The notes under the pieces are model-generated. The model was not told the origin of the DNA. It saw only the letters and a program-made list of their open reading frames with translations, and made no database searches. A stretch of DNA of 33,442 nt. Source: a virus. Lineage: Duplodnaviria; Caudoviricetes. Made by a program: the position numbers and the translations under genes. Every line of letters begins with the position of its first letter. The stretch's first letter is position 1. Where the stretch lies: the IMG/VR virus record IMGVR_UViG_3300020539_000008, positions 1 through 33,442 of that record; one strand, 5' to 3'. Of this stretch, positions 1 to 6,732 are shown one piece after another.

Positions 1-1644
1 GGAAGGAAGGTACTTAGGATTCTGCGTGTCTGGAACTCCGCTAGTAGAAGAACTCGGAGGCGGGGGAAGTCCAGCAGGAGGAGGCGTACTGGCGGCAGTT
101 GAAGCAGTCGCACTCGGAGGGGGAGGCAGTCCCGCAGGAGGAGGCGTATTAGCCGCAGGAGCGGCAGGAGCAGGAGGTCTTACAACCTCAGATGGCTTAG
201 AAGTTGCTGGTCCAGACCCTGGAATAACCGCTTGCACGCCTTTTTGCACATTTTCTCCAACGGTATCAAGAGCACCACCGACAGCCGCAATAGCCCTTGC
301 AAGTTTGGGCTTAGTGATTCCTTCAGATTCGCCAAGAGACTTAAGTCGTTTAATTAAATCTTTTCCATGAGTAATCTTTCCTTCATGTCCTTCAGCAGTT
401 CCTGTCTTAACTTCATCTTCAAAAAACGAAATCCATTCTTTTAGTTTTGCTGGTCTTTCTTTTTCTGGCAAATCCATGATTTGCTGAAGTGCAGTAAATG
501 CATCTCTATCATGTCTTGCAGAAAGTTTAGCCGCCATACTTGGATTCCTGCTGTCAGCAAACTTTGGCGGTTTCTCAAAAGGCTTCATTGCTGGCTCCTT
601 GACCTTTTTGTCAAAATTTTCAGAAGCCTTAGCCAGTTCAGCCGCTAAAAGTTTTGGATTTTTACTGTGCTTTTTTCTAAGTTTTTCTTCAATTGCAGTC
701 CAATCTTTTTCCAGTTTATCTGTTACTGCTTTTTGTTTTTTCTGGAATTCTTCCAGTTCAACAGCAAACTTTGCCTTTTCAAGGCGAGTCTCCCCAGCCT
801 TGTCTGCAACCTCTTTAAGAATAGCCTCTTCTTCTGCCGATGTAATAGGATATTGACCATATTTTCCTTGCAGGTCAGCAAGAGTTTGGGGTGGACCAAA
901 AATACTTGTCGATTTGCCGCCAGTTTTTAGGTCTTGTAAGTGACTGCGAGCCTCTGCAAGACTTCCATCAAAGTTAGTACCTCTCGTTGTAAGCGAATAA
1001 AGGTGTTCCTTGATAGCACTTTGCCACCACCTATTTGAGTTTTGCTTAGGTGTAGGCTTTGGCTTGGGAGTATCTGGCATAGCAGTAGAAGTGGGAGGAG
1101 GTGGAAGGGTTTTTGGGGTTTTTAAAATTTCGAGATTTTTGGCTCTGATGTTTGCATTGTCTGGACTGTTATAGTTGTACTGCTGAAACGAACCTTGAAT
1201 GGCTTCTCTAAGTTGCGGACTTGTTTTTAAACTTTCTCTGTTAAACTCTGGTAACTCTCTAATAAGTGCTTTGTTTCCTCTGATATCTCCAATGGTAGAA
1301 TCAAGATGGTCCGCAATTGCTTTTAGTTCTGGAGACCCATAATGAGTCTTCATCTCTGCAATCGTACCTTTATTTACCCAACCACTTTCTTCATTGATAC
1401 CAAAGATAGGATACCATTTTCCAGAAGAAACTCCAAGAGCATCTTTTCCAGCCTCTCCAGAAGAAAGGTAAAACGGAACATTGTGACCATTAACCTTAAC
1501 TACGACCATCGGCCTGTTTGGAGCCGTGTATCCGTCCTTATAGTTAAGCATTGTTGCCTTGCCAGACCAAGGTCCAATCATGCCGCCCTGCATTTTATTG
1601 CCAGCGTTGTTAGTAATCTCAATCTCGATAGGTTCGTAACTCAT
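1..1644 (-). CDS. Long hypothetical protein, 3' end beyond the window (>547 aa); globular N-terminal region, charged helical middle, Pro/Ala-rich region
   Basis: Not in the ORF track because it has no stop within the window. ATG at 1644-1642 overlaps the HNH stop (ATGA). Hand translation reads MSYEPIEIEITNNAGNKMQGG...VPFYLSSGEAGKDALGVSSGKWYPIFGINEESGWVNKG...TPPPAGLPPPPS, with no stop seen to position 1. Confidence 0.85.
   Translation of the reverse strand, partial: MSYEPIEIEITNNAGNKMQGGMIGPWSGKATMLNYKDGYTAPNRPMVVVKVNGHNVPFYLSSGEAGKDALGVSSGKWYPIFGINEESGWVNKGTIAEMKTHYGSPELKAIADHLDSTIGDIRGNKALIRELPEFNRESLKTSPQLREAIQGSFQQYNYNSPDNANIRAKNLEILKTPKTLPPPPTSTAMPDTPKPKPTPKQNSNRWWQSAIKEHLYSLTTRGTNFDGSLAEARSHLQDLKTGGKSTSIFGPPQTLADLQGKYGQYPITSAEEEAILKEVADKAGETRLEKAKFAVELEEFQKKQKAVTDKLEKDWTAIEEKLRKKHSKNPKLLAAELAKASENFDKKVKEPAMKPFEKPPKFADSRNPSMAAKLSARHDRDAFTALQQIMDLPEKERPAKLKEWISFFEDEVKTGTAEGHEGKITHGKDLIKRLKSLGESEGITKPKLARAIAAVGGALDTVGENVQKGVQAVIPGSGPATSKPSEVVRPPAPAAPAANTPPPAGLPPPPSATASTAASTPPPAGLPPPPSSSTSGVPDTQNPKYLPS
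53..150 (-). repeat. Two-copy coding repeat (60-bp period) encoding TPPPAGLPPPPS
   Basis: ctcggaggcgggggaagtccagcaggaggaggcgta at 53 and ctcggagggggaggcagtcccgcaggaggaggcgta at 113. Confidence 0.8.
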
Positions 1645-2123
1645 TTGTATACACGAAGCCCCATCTTAACGGCATGGAGCAAGTTTTCGCTAGGGGTACA
1701 GGCCTCTAGGTTATCCGCACGGTTATTCAGTTTATTGCCATCAATGTGATTAATCTGTAGATTATCAATGGCGTGTTCGTTGTGGTAAATCTTACCAAAG
1801 TGGATGCCAACCAGTTTGTGAACCAAGATGGTATGCCTAAACTTGTTATTGCAGAGGGTGACCTTGTAGTAACCCCCGCCATTCTTGTTCTTGGTTAGCA
1901 CCTTAGACTTAATCTTTCGCCCATCTGGGGTCGTTTTGTCCGTAGACCTAACCTCACCCATGTTCGACACCTCGTAAAGGCCTAGGAACTGCTGTATGGC
2001 AATCGGAACCCACTTCTCTTCATAGCCTGTATCTTGCGAACCGTTAGGTTCGCATCGACTTTGTGAGCCAGATGTATTCGATTGGGTCGTAATCTTCTTC
2101 TTCCTCGTCTTCGGGTTCAGCAA
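1641..2123 (-). CDS. NUMOD4-motif HNH endonuclease (start uncertain)
   Basis: EEKWVPI...YEVSNMGEVRS (NUMOD4), GYYKVTL, VHKLV, INHIDGNKLNNRADNLEACTPSENLLHA (HNH_3-type). Confidence 0.85.
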   Translation of the reverse strand: MLNPKTRKKKITTQSNTSGSQSRCEPNGSQDTGYEEKWVPIAIQQFLGLYEVSNMGEVRSTDKTTPDGRKIKSKVLTKNKNGGGYYKVTLCNNKFRHTILVHKLVGIHFGKIYHNEHAIDNLQINHIDGNKLNNRADNLEACTPSENLLHAVKMGLRVYK

Positions 2124-2160
2124 CGCTTTTTACTTCCCATCTTCTTTTCAGACTTCTCAT
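2044..2160 (-). CDS. Possible small acidic protein (38 aa)
   Basis: Hand-translated MRSLKRRWEVKSVAEPEDEEEEDYDPIEYIWLTKSMRT; overlaps both neighbours. Confidence 0.3.
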   Translation of the reverse strand: MRSLKRRWEVKSVAEPEDEEEEDYDPIEYIWLTKSMRT

Positions 2161-2248
2161 GGGACTTGGATTCTGCACCTTCATGCTTGTTCTTTTTCTT
2201 CTTGAGATTCTTGAACTTAGAAAGTGAGTCAGCGATATTGGGTTTCAT
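2117..2248 (-). CDS. Small Lys-rich hypothetical protein (43 aa)
   Basis: Hand-translated MKPNIADSLSKFKNLKKKKNKHEGAESKSHEKSEKKMGSKKRC; starts 3 nt after the upstream stop at 2252. Confidence 0.55.
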   Translation of the reverse strand: MKPNIADSLSKFKNLKKKKNKHEGAESKSHEKSEKKMGSKKRC

Positions 2249-2251
2249 AGG

Positions 2252-2722
2252 TTACTTTTTGAACATCCAATCCCAATACTTGCCTTGGTCAAATGTATTT
2301 TCTTGGGTTACGGTGGGTTTTTCGGCTTCGGGCTTAGGACCAGCATGCTTTGGAGCACCAAAAAGTGCACCCTTGGCAAACAGCCCAAGGCCTCTCAGCC
2401 AGTGGGCGTAATTGGTAGGGTCAAATTGCATTGCGGTAGCACCAGTTCCAGCAGGTGCGTTTCCACTTCCACCCATTGAAGCAACCCACTCATCATACGC
2501 AGGAGTTCCCATCTCGGGCATCTCGTAAGGATTGGTGGGGTCGGCTACAATCTGGGGAAGGTCTGGTTCGTTCGGGTCCATGTCACCCATGTCTTCTCCA
2601 CCCAACTTGTATTGCTGGAAAGGCTTAGCCCAAGGAACGCCCTGCCAATTGTCATTTGGATTAGGTTTGGCGTTTGGATTAAAGGACGGACCGCCAATAG
2701 TAGGGTAAGTAAAAAAACTCAT
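2252..2722 (-). CDS. Hypothetical Pro/Gly-rich protein
   Basis: 156-aa ORF, start overlaps the stop of the upstream ORF. Confidence 0.75.
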   Translation of the reverse strand: MSFFTYPTIGGPSFNPNAKPNPNDNWQGVPWAKPFQQYKLGGEDMGDMDPNEPDLPQIVADPTNPYEMPEMGTPAYDEWVASMGGSGNAPAGTGATAMQFDPTNYAHWLRGLGLFAKGALFGAPKHAGPKPEAEKPTVTQENTFDQGKYWDWMFKK

Positions 2723-3204
2723 TTCTTTAAAGGTAAGCCACGAACATAATGGGAGGCTTGTTTGGAATCAACCAAAACCTTATCTTTGACCCTATACTTC
2801 TTGTTATCTCGGCAAATGGCGATGACCTTTATGCCGTTTTCGTGCTCAACCTCAAGCAGACGGCTATTCGGATACCAATTACTGACCACTTTACCTTCCC
2901 ACTCAAGTCCATATAGGTCTTGAACGGTATTAGTGACCGCCAGTTCTTCCAATCTTCCGCTTCCTTCGGGGTCTTTACCCAAATAATCAACGATTTTGTC
3001 GGCTTCCTTAAGCCCTTTAAACCATTGGTGCAGGAATTCGACCCCCAAGTCAGTCCAAATGATGGTTCTCAAATGCTCGGGCTTCTTGGAAGGCTTCCTA
3101 AACCACAATTCCTTACCATCAAAATTCGCATGGAGAGCACGGACATCCCTTAAGTCAGCAACGCTCCACCCATATTCGGCAGACAATTCCTTTTCGGTGT
3201 GCAT
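2719..3204 (-). CDS. Hypothetical protein, first gene of the leftward unit
   Basis: 161-aa ORF directly downstream of a TTGACA promoter. Confidence 0.75.
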   Translation of the reverse strand: MHTEKELSAEYGWSVADLRDVRALHANFDGKELWFRKPSKKPEHLRTIIWTDLGVEFLHQWFKGLKEADKIVDYLGKDPEGSGRLEELAVTNTVQDLYGLEWEGKVVSNWYPNSRLLEVEHENGIKVIAICRDNKKYRVKDKVLVDSKQASHYVRGLPLKK

Positions 3205-3210
3205 AACCCC

Positions 3211-3238
3211 ACCGTAACCAGCAGTTTTCCAATGTCAA
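3211..3238 (-). promoter_or_regulatory. Sigma70-type promoter, probably giving a leaderless mRNA
   Basis: TTGACA (3238-3233), 16-nt spacer, TACGGT (3216-3211), then 6 nt to the ATG at 3204. Confidence 0.55.
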
Positions 3239-3247
3239 CCCCTGTAT

Positions 3248-3341
3248 TTTATCCTCTTTTCTATCCACTATTCTATTGGGGGAAGTCCAGTACACCCCCC
3301 TAGTGTAATCTATTTCACCCCCCACAGGAAATAGGCTTCAC
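3248..3341 (-). repeat. Intergenic inverted copy of the origin-like element: 3 iterons plus A-rich tract
   Basis: 16-mers at 3280, 3303, 3326 (23-bp period); 3277-3248 matches 12248-12277 at 26/30 nt. Confidence 0.75.
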
Positions 3342-3400
3342 CCCTGCCTTTTTAACGAAAAAATGTACATGTGTGAATGCGTGTGAAAAGCGGATAGCAC

Positions 3401-3440
3401 AAACCAAGAAGCCCCCCCGCCCCCGAAGGGGCGAGAGAGC
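3401..3440 (-). terminator. Intrinsic terminator with cUUCGg tetraloop closing the leftward early region
   Basis: Minus strand gctctctcgcccc-TTCG-ggggcgggggggc forms a 13-bp stem including three G-U pairs that work only on the minus strand; followed by ttcttggttt. Confidence 0.7.
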
Positions 3441-3467
3441 GTTGGTTTTGGGCAATGCCGTGACAGG

Positions 3468-3518
3468 TCAGACGCCTTTGATGAACAGGGCGATGACGAG
3501 CACGAGCAGGATGGTCAC
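3468..3518 (-). CDS. Hydrophobic micro-peptide (16-18 aa)
   Basis: GTG overlapping the upstream TGA; MTILLVLVIALFIKGV; codons atc ctg ctc gtg ctc gtc atc gcc ctg ttc atc match the local coding style. Confidence 0.45.
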   Translation of the reverse strand: MTILLVLVIALFIKGV

Positions 3519-3739
3519 GAGCACTTCTTCACGACCCACTCGTTGACTTCTTTGAGCACACGCTCGTTCTCCACGACCTGTTCGAGGACCGTGGACTGCT
3601 TGGCGTTGTCGGGGTAGTAGGTCGTGCCCTTGATGACCTTTCGGGCGGCCCACACATAAGCCTGTTGGGCTTTGACGAGGGCGTTGACCTGCTTGCGGGT
3701 GAGAGCCTCGGAGGAGGCGTTGGCGTTCTTGGGTTTCAT
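3515..3739 (-). CDS. Hypothetical protein
   Basis: 74-aa ORF with A/C-rich leader, downstream of promoter copy 1. Confidence 0.75.
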   Translation of the reverse strand: MKPKNANASSEALTRKQVNALVKAQQAYVWAARKVIKGTTYYPDNAKQSTVLEQVVENERVLKEVNEWVVKKCS

Positions 3740-3765
3740 GGTTGGTTGTGCCTAGCGGCGACTTA

Positions 3766-3792
3766 TTTATACCATGGCTTGGGCAAACACAA
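3766..3792 (-). promoter_or_regulatory. Conserved early promoter, copy 1
   Basis: TTGTGT-ttgcccaagccatgg-TATAAA, homologous to 6533-6559 and 10030-10056. Confidence 0.6.
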
Positions 3793-3909
3793 CAGAGGCA
3801 TCGTGCGTTTGTATTGATGCATGCTGTGCTTGTTGTTCCCATTCCACTTGTTGTTGTTAGATGCGTTGAGTTGCCTCAACACCGTTAATTTTTTTGACCT
3901 TTACAGTAA

Positions 3910-4014
3910 TTAACTGAATAGGTGTTTCCAGATGAGATAGAGGCCGTTGATTAATGCCCAGCAGATTAATTCTGCGGAGATAATTACGATGCCTGTCGCA
4001 AGGAAATTAATCAT
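3910..4014 (-). CDS. Small membrane peptide (34 aa)
   Basis: MINFLATGIVIISAELICWALINGLYLIWKHLFS; ATG overlaps the end of the upstream gene. Confidence 0.5.
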   Translation of the reverse strand: MINFLATGIVIISAELICWALINGLYLIWKHLFS

Positions 4015-4306
4015 TCCAGTTAGTCTCCTCGTTGTCCTCATCGGAGTCATCAGCCTTGTCGTAGGTGATGCACATGAGGAATGATACAGCCTCGCTGTAA
4101 TCCTGTGCGTGATTGTTGACGACTTCGACAATACGCTGGGAGACACCAAGGTCTACCTTACGCCATGCTTTGGAAGCCGCACCGATGAGAGCAAACACAT
4201 TGCCATCAATGTTGCTCCAATCGACAATCGGATACTTGTGAGGGCTGATGCTCGGAGGAATTGCTAGTTCAGCGAGCATAGCGTTGATGTTTTCGTTCTT
4301 GGACAT
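4007..4306 (-). CDS. Conserved phage hypothetical protein (DGN[AV]F-type motif)
   Basis: IDGNVFALIGAASKAWRK...YSEAV; A/C-rich leader. Confidence 0.75.
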   Translation of the reverse strand: MSKNENINAMLAELAIPPSISPHKYPIVDWSNIDGNVFALIGAASKAWRKVDLGVSQRIVEVVNNHAQDYSEAVSFLMCITYDKADDSDEDNEETNWND

Positions 4307-4341
4307 GTTATGTCTTGGGTTGTTGGGTTGTTGTTTGTGGG

Positions 4342-4866
4342 TTATTTCTTCTTGCCCTTGCGAGCAGTCAGATTGTGAGGAGGGAGGATGCCCTTCATGC
4401 GGAGGCGGTGCTGGTCACGAACCATCGCCATGTTCTTGGGAAGCGGAGGCTTGGCGTGAGCGGAGAGAATACGCTTCTCACGCTCGACAAGTTCCTGCTC
4501 ACGCACCATGTCGATAGTGCCACGCAACAAGCAGTTAACGATGACCTTCATGCGGCTCGTGTCACGCTTGGTTGCGATTTCGGTGAGCGTGTCGAGGAGT
4601 TCGACAGGCACTTCGACCATGACAGGCTTCACACCATTCTTGATGTATCGAGCCTTCATGGAAGCGTTGCGTTTCTCACGCATCGCTTTCTTGGCGGCCT
4701 TCGCATCACGAAGGATTTGACCTTTCTGTTCGTTGGTTAGCGTTTCCCATTCAGCAGGACGAGCCACGACTTGGGGAGTCGTGGACACGAACGGATGCGT
4801 GGATTTGATTGCCATCTTGCTCTCGATGTTGGAGAGAAGGTTGGCGAGGTTACCGATGTTTTTCAT
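4342..4866 (-). CDS. Basic protein with putative ribbon-helix-helix DNA-binding segment
   Basis: Start re-assigned to ATG 4866 after an A/C-rich leader; VKPVMVEVPVELLDTLTEIATKRDTSRMKVIVNCL fits the RHH strand-helix-helix pattern. Confidence 0.6.
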   Translation of the reverse strand: MKNIGNLANLLSNIESKMAIKSTHPFVSTTPQVVARPAEWETLTNEQKGQILRDAKAAKKAMREKRNASMKARYIKNGVKPVMVEVPVELLDTLTEIATKRDTSRMKVIVNCLLRGTIDMVREQELVEREKRILSAHAKPPLPKNMAMVRDQHRLRMKGILPPHNLTARKGKKK

Positions 4867-4921
4867 GGGTGTTTGGTTGGGTTTGGGTTTGGTTTGGGTT
4901 GGGGGACAAAGAAACTGGTGA

Positions 4922-5329
4922 TTACCACCAGCAGTAATAGTAAACTTCGTAGCCTTCATCGATTGCGTTGAGAGCCTTGTCGATGAATGCGTGGTCGAGT
5001 GCGATGTCTTCTTCACGAGATGTGCCCCAGAAGAAACCTTCGCCTCGTTCAGCATACGCATTGCCGTTCGTTTGGAGATGCATTCGCAACGAGAGAATGT
5101 CATCACGAGTGAGCGGCATGGGCACACAGTTGAAGACTTCGGTGCCGCCCTTGCGGACATACAAGTCTTCCATCCACTTGTTTAGGTCAGCGTGTTTACG
5201 CCAAGTCATCAAGTGGATGCGGCCTTCTTCAAGAGCGTTCATCTCATCGTCCGTGAGTTCACGCTCGGTGATGAGAGCAAGGTGTGCAACCTTCGGCTCA
5301 ACTGCCCAAGAGTTTTGGTCGAGTCCCAT
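4922..5329 (-). CDS. Conserved phage hypothetical protein (MGLD...WRK...FNC...GFF.G...YY..WW type)
   Basis: MGLDQ start at 5329, WRKHADLNKWM, EVFNCVP, GEGFFWG, VYYYCWW. Confidence 0.8.
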   Translation of the reverse strand: MGLDQNSWAVEPKVAHLALITERELTDDEMNALEEGRIHLMTWRKHADLNKWMEDLYVRKGGTEVFNCVPMPLTRDDILSLRMHLQTNGNAYAERGEGFFWGTSREEDIALDHAFIDKALNAIDEGYEVYYYCWW

Positions 5330-5333
5330 GTGA

Positions 5334-5510
5334 TTAGGAGCGGTTGTGGGTTTCGATGCAAGCAACCCAACCATCGATGAAGAGTTGTGCGTCCTTCTTG
5401 CGAGAGAACGAATACTCGGAGTCGAGTTGGTCATCGCTGTTGCAGATTGAAACTATCCATTGCTTGCCACGCTTGATGGGAAGCATGTCGATGAGGAAGT
5501 TATTCTTCAT
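5334..5510 (-). CDS. Small hypothetical protein, paralog of 5516-5782
   Basis: ATG 5510; IDMLP...WIVSICN...FSRKKDAQLFIDGWVACIETH. Confidence 0.7.
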   Translation of the reverse strand: MKNNFLIDMLPIKRGKQWIVSICNSDDQLDSEYSFSRKKDAQLFIDGWVACIETHNRS

Positions 5511-5515
5511 GGTGA

Positions 5516-5782
5516 TTAGAGCGTGTCTTCGTTGGAGCAGACATCCTCGATAACACCATCGCTGGTGCGAGCGGCAATCGCCCACTTCTTATGGGTGCAT
5601 TCGATTGCGGTGCAGAAGCCCATGATGAAAGCGTTGGCTTCTTCGTGCGTGTCGAACTCGTGCTCATCATGCACATCACCCTTGGGTTCGTTGTAGATGC
5701 GAACGATGAACAGGGTGTAGTCAGCGTTCGTCTTCGGAGTCGGCACCATGTTGATACCGATGAGCGTCTTGTTGAGTTTCAT
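5516..5782 (-). CDS. Small hypothetical protein, paralog of 5334-5510
   Basis: INMVP...FIVRIYN...FDTHEEANAFIMGFCTAIECTH. Confidence 0.75.
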   Translation of the reverse strand: MKLNKTLIGINMVPTPKTNADYTLFIVRIYNEPKGDVHDEHEFDTHEEANAFIMGFCTAIECTHKKWAIAARTSDGVIEDVCSNEDTL

Positions 5783-5838
5783 GTGTGAATTGCCTTGGCG
5801 GCGGTGGGTTTTGTTGTGGTTTGTTGGTTATGCAATCA

Positions 5839-5863
5839 TGCATGAGGGGTCGGACCTCATGCA
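5839..5863. other. Intergenic stem-loop (possible RNA processing or attenuation site)
   Basis: Perfect 9-bp inverted repeat tgcatgagg-N7-cctcatgca. Confidence 0.45.
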
Positions 5864-5877
5864 GTCATGCGAGATGA

Positions 5878-6447
5878 TTAGGCGTTGTTGGTGTCTTCGC
5901 TGGTGTAGAGTTCGCTGGCATCAGCATACTCGATGTTCTCCTTGTTCTTGTGCTCCCAGAGAGCGATATCGCCATCACGAGCAAAGACATCCTGCTCGTG
6001 CTTGACGGCATCGACATGGTGCAACCAAGCGTCAACGCCATTGGCTTTGTCCCAGTTGCAATGGACACCGTCTTCGCTGTTGTTGCCGTGCTTGATGAGG
6101 AACTCCTTGGTCTCGTGCGTCATGCACGCCAAGAAATCCTTGAAGCGGCAGACGGAATAGATGCGGAAGTTCTTGTTATCGAAAGCCGTCATGCGGAACT
6201 TGATGACAGCATCGCTATACTGATGGCGATGAGCCTTCAAGACGGAGGCATAGGCGAGCGAGAACTTGAAGTCGCCTTGGATGACTTCGGTCTCGACACG
6301 GTCATACTTCTTCATGAAGTCGGAAGTGTGCGAGGTGGTGATGACGAGCACGATGAACGAAACGCACGGCATGCGTTGGACGCTGTCGAGGTGTTCGATG
6401 ACATGGGGCTTGTCGTTATTGTTGCTGGTGGATTGAGCGTTGCTCAT
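5878..6447 (-). CDS. Hypothetical protein, first gene of early unit 2
   Basis: 189-aa ORF with (aaaccc)n leader. Confidence 0.75.
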   Translation of the reverse strand: MSNAQSTSNNNDKPHVIEHLDSVQRMPCVSFIVLVITTSHTSDFMKKYDRVETEVIQGDFKFSLAYASVLKAHRHQYSDAVIKFRMTAFDNKNFRIYSVCRFKDFLACMTHETKEFLIKHGNNSEDGVHCNWDKANGVDAWLHHVDAVKHEQDVFARDGDIALWEHKNKENIEYADASELYTSEDTNNA

Positions 6448-6483
6448 GTTGGTGTTTGGGTTTGGGTTTGGGTTTCGTTTCAG

Positions 6484-6528
6484 CCAGCGGGTTCACCGTA
6501 GTTGGTGAATTGTCGCTAACATCGACAA
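6484..6528 (-). promoter_or_regulatory. Two-hairpin 5' leader element, copy A
   Basis: ttgtcg-atgttag-cgacaa / ttcacc-aactac-ggtgaa / (c)ccgctgg; homologous to 9982-10025. Confidence 0.55.
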
Positions 6529-6532
6529 AGGA

Positions 6533-6562
6533 ATAATACCATGGCATGGGTAGATGCAATGG
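6533..6562 (-). promoter_or_regulatory. Conserved early promoter, copy 2, with overlapping inverted repeat
   Basis: TTGCAT-N15-TATTAT with TG extension; ccatggcat...atgcaatgg dyad. Confidence 0.65.
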
Positions 6563-6663
6563 GTTGGTGGTTGGTAAAAAGGAAGCGTGTAGACGCAGAG
6601 GGTGTCGCACGAAGCGTTCTCTTAATCTACACGCTGAATCGCCTTAACAGCGAATTTTTCTAG

Positions 6664-6732
6664 TTAATCTTTTTCAGATAGCACGATGACGATAACAATC
6701 GTGCTAACGACTACTTCAACTAGGATGGACAC
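6664..6732 (-). CDS. Hydrophobic micro-peptide (22 aa)
   Basis: GTG directly after the DUF932 stop; MSILVEVVVSTIVIVIVLSEKD. Confidence 0.4.
   Translation of the reverse strand: MSILVEVVVSTIVIVIVLSEKD

Noticed and set aside
3350-3400. atgtacat palindrome and neighbouring sequence as a cos/pac site
   Set aside because: An 8-bp palindrome is expected by chance; termini cannot be inferred without read data
4867-5160. N-terminal extension of the 4342 ORF given in the track
   Set aside because: Overlaps the 4922-5329 gene and translates the A/C leader (TQTKPKPNQTP); ATG 4866 is the better start
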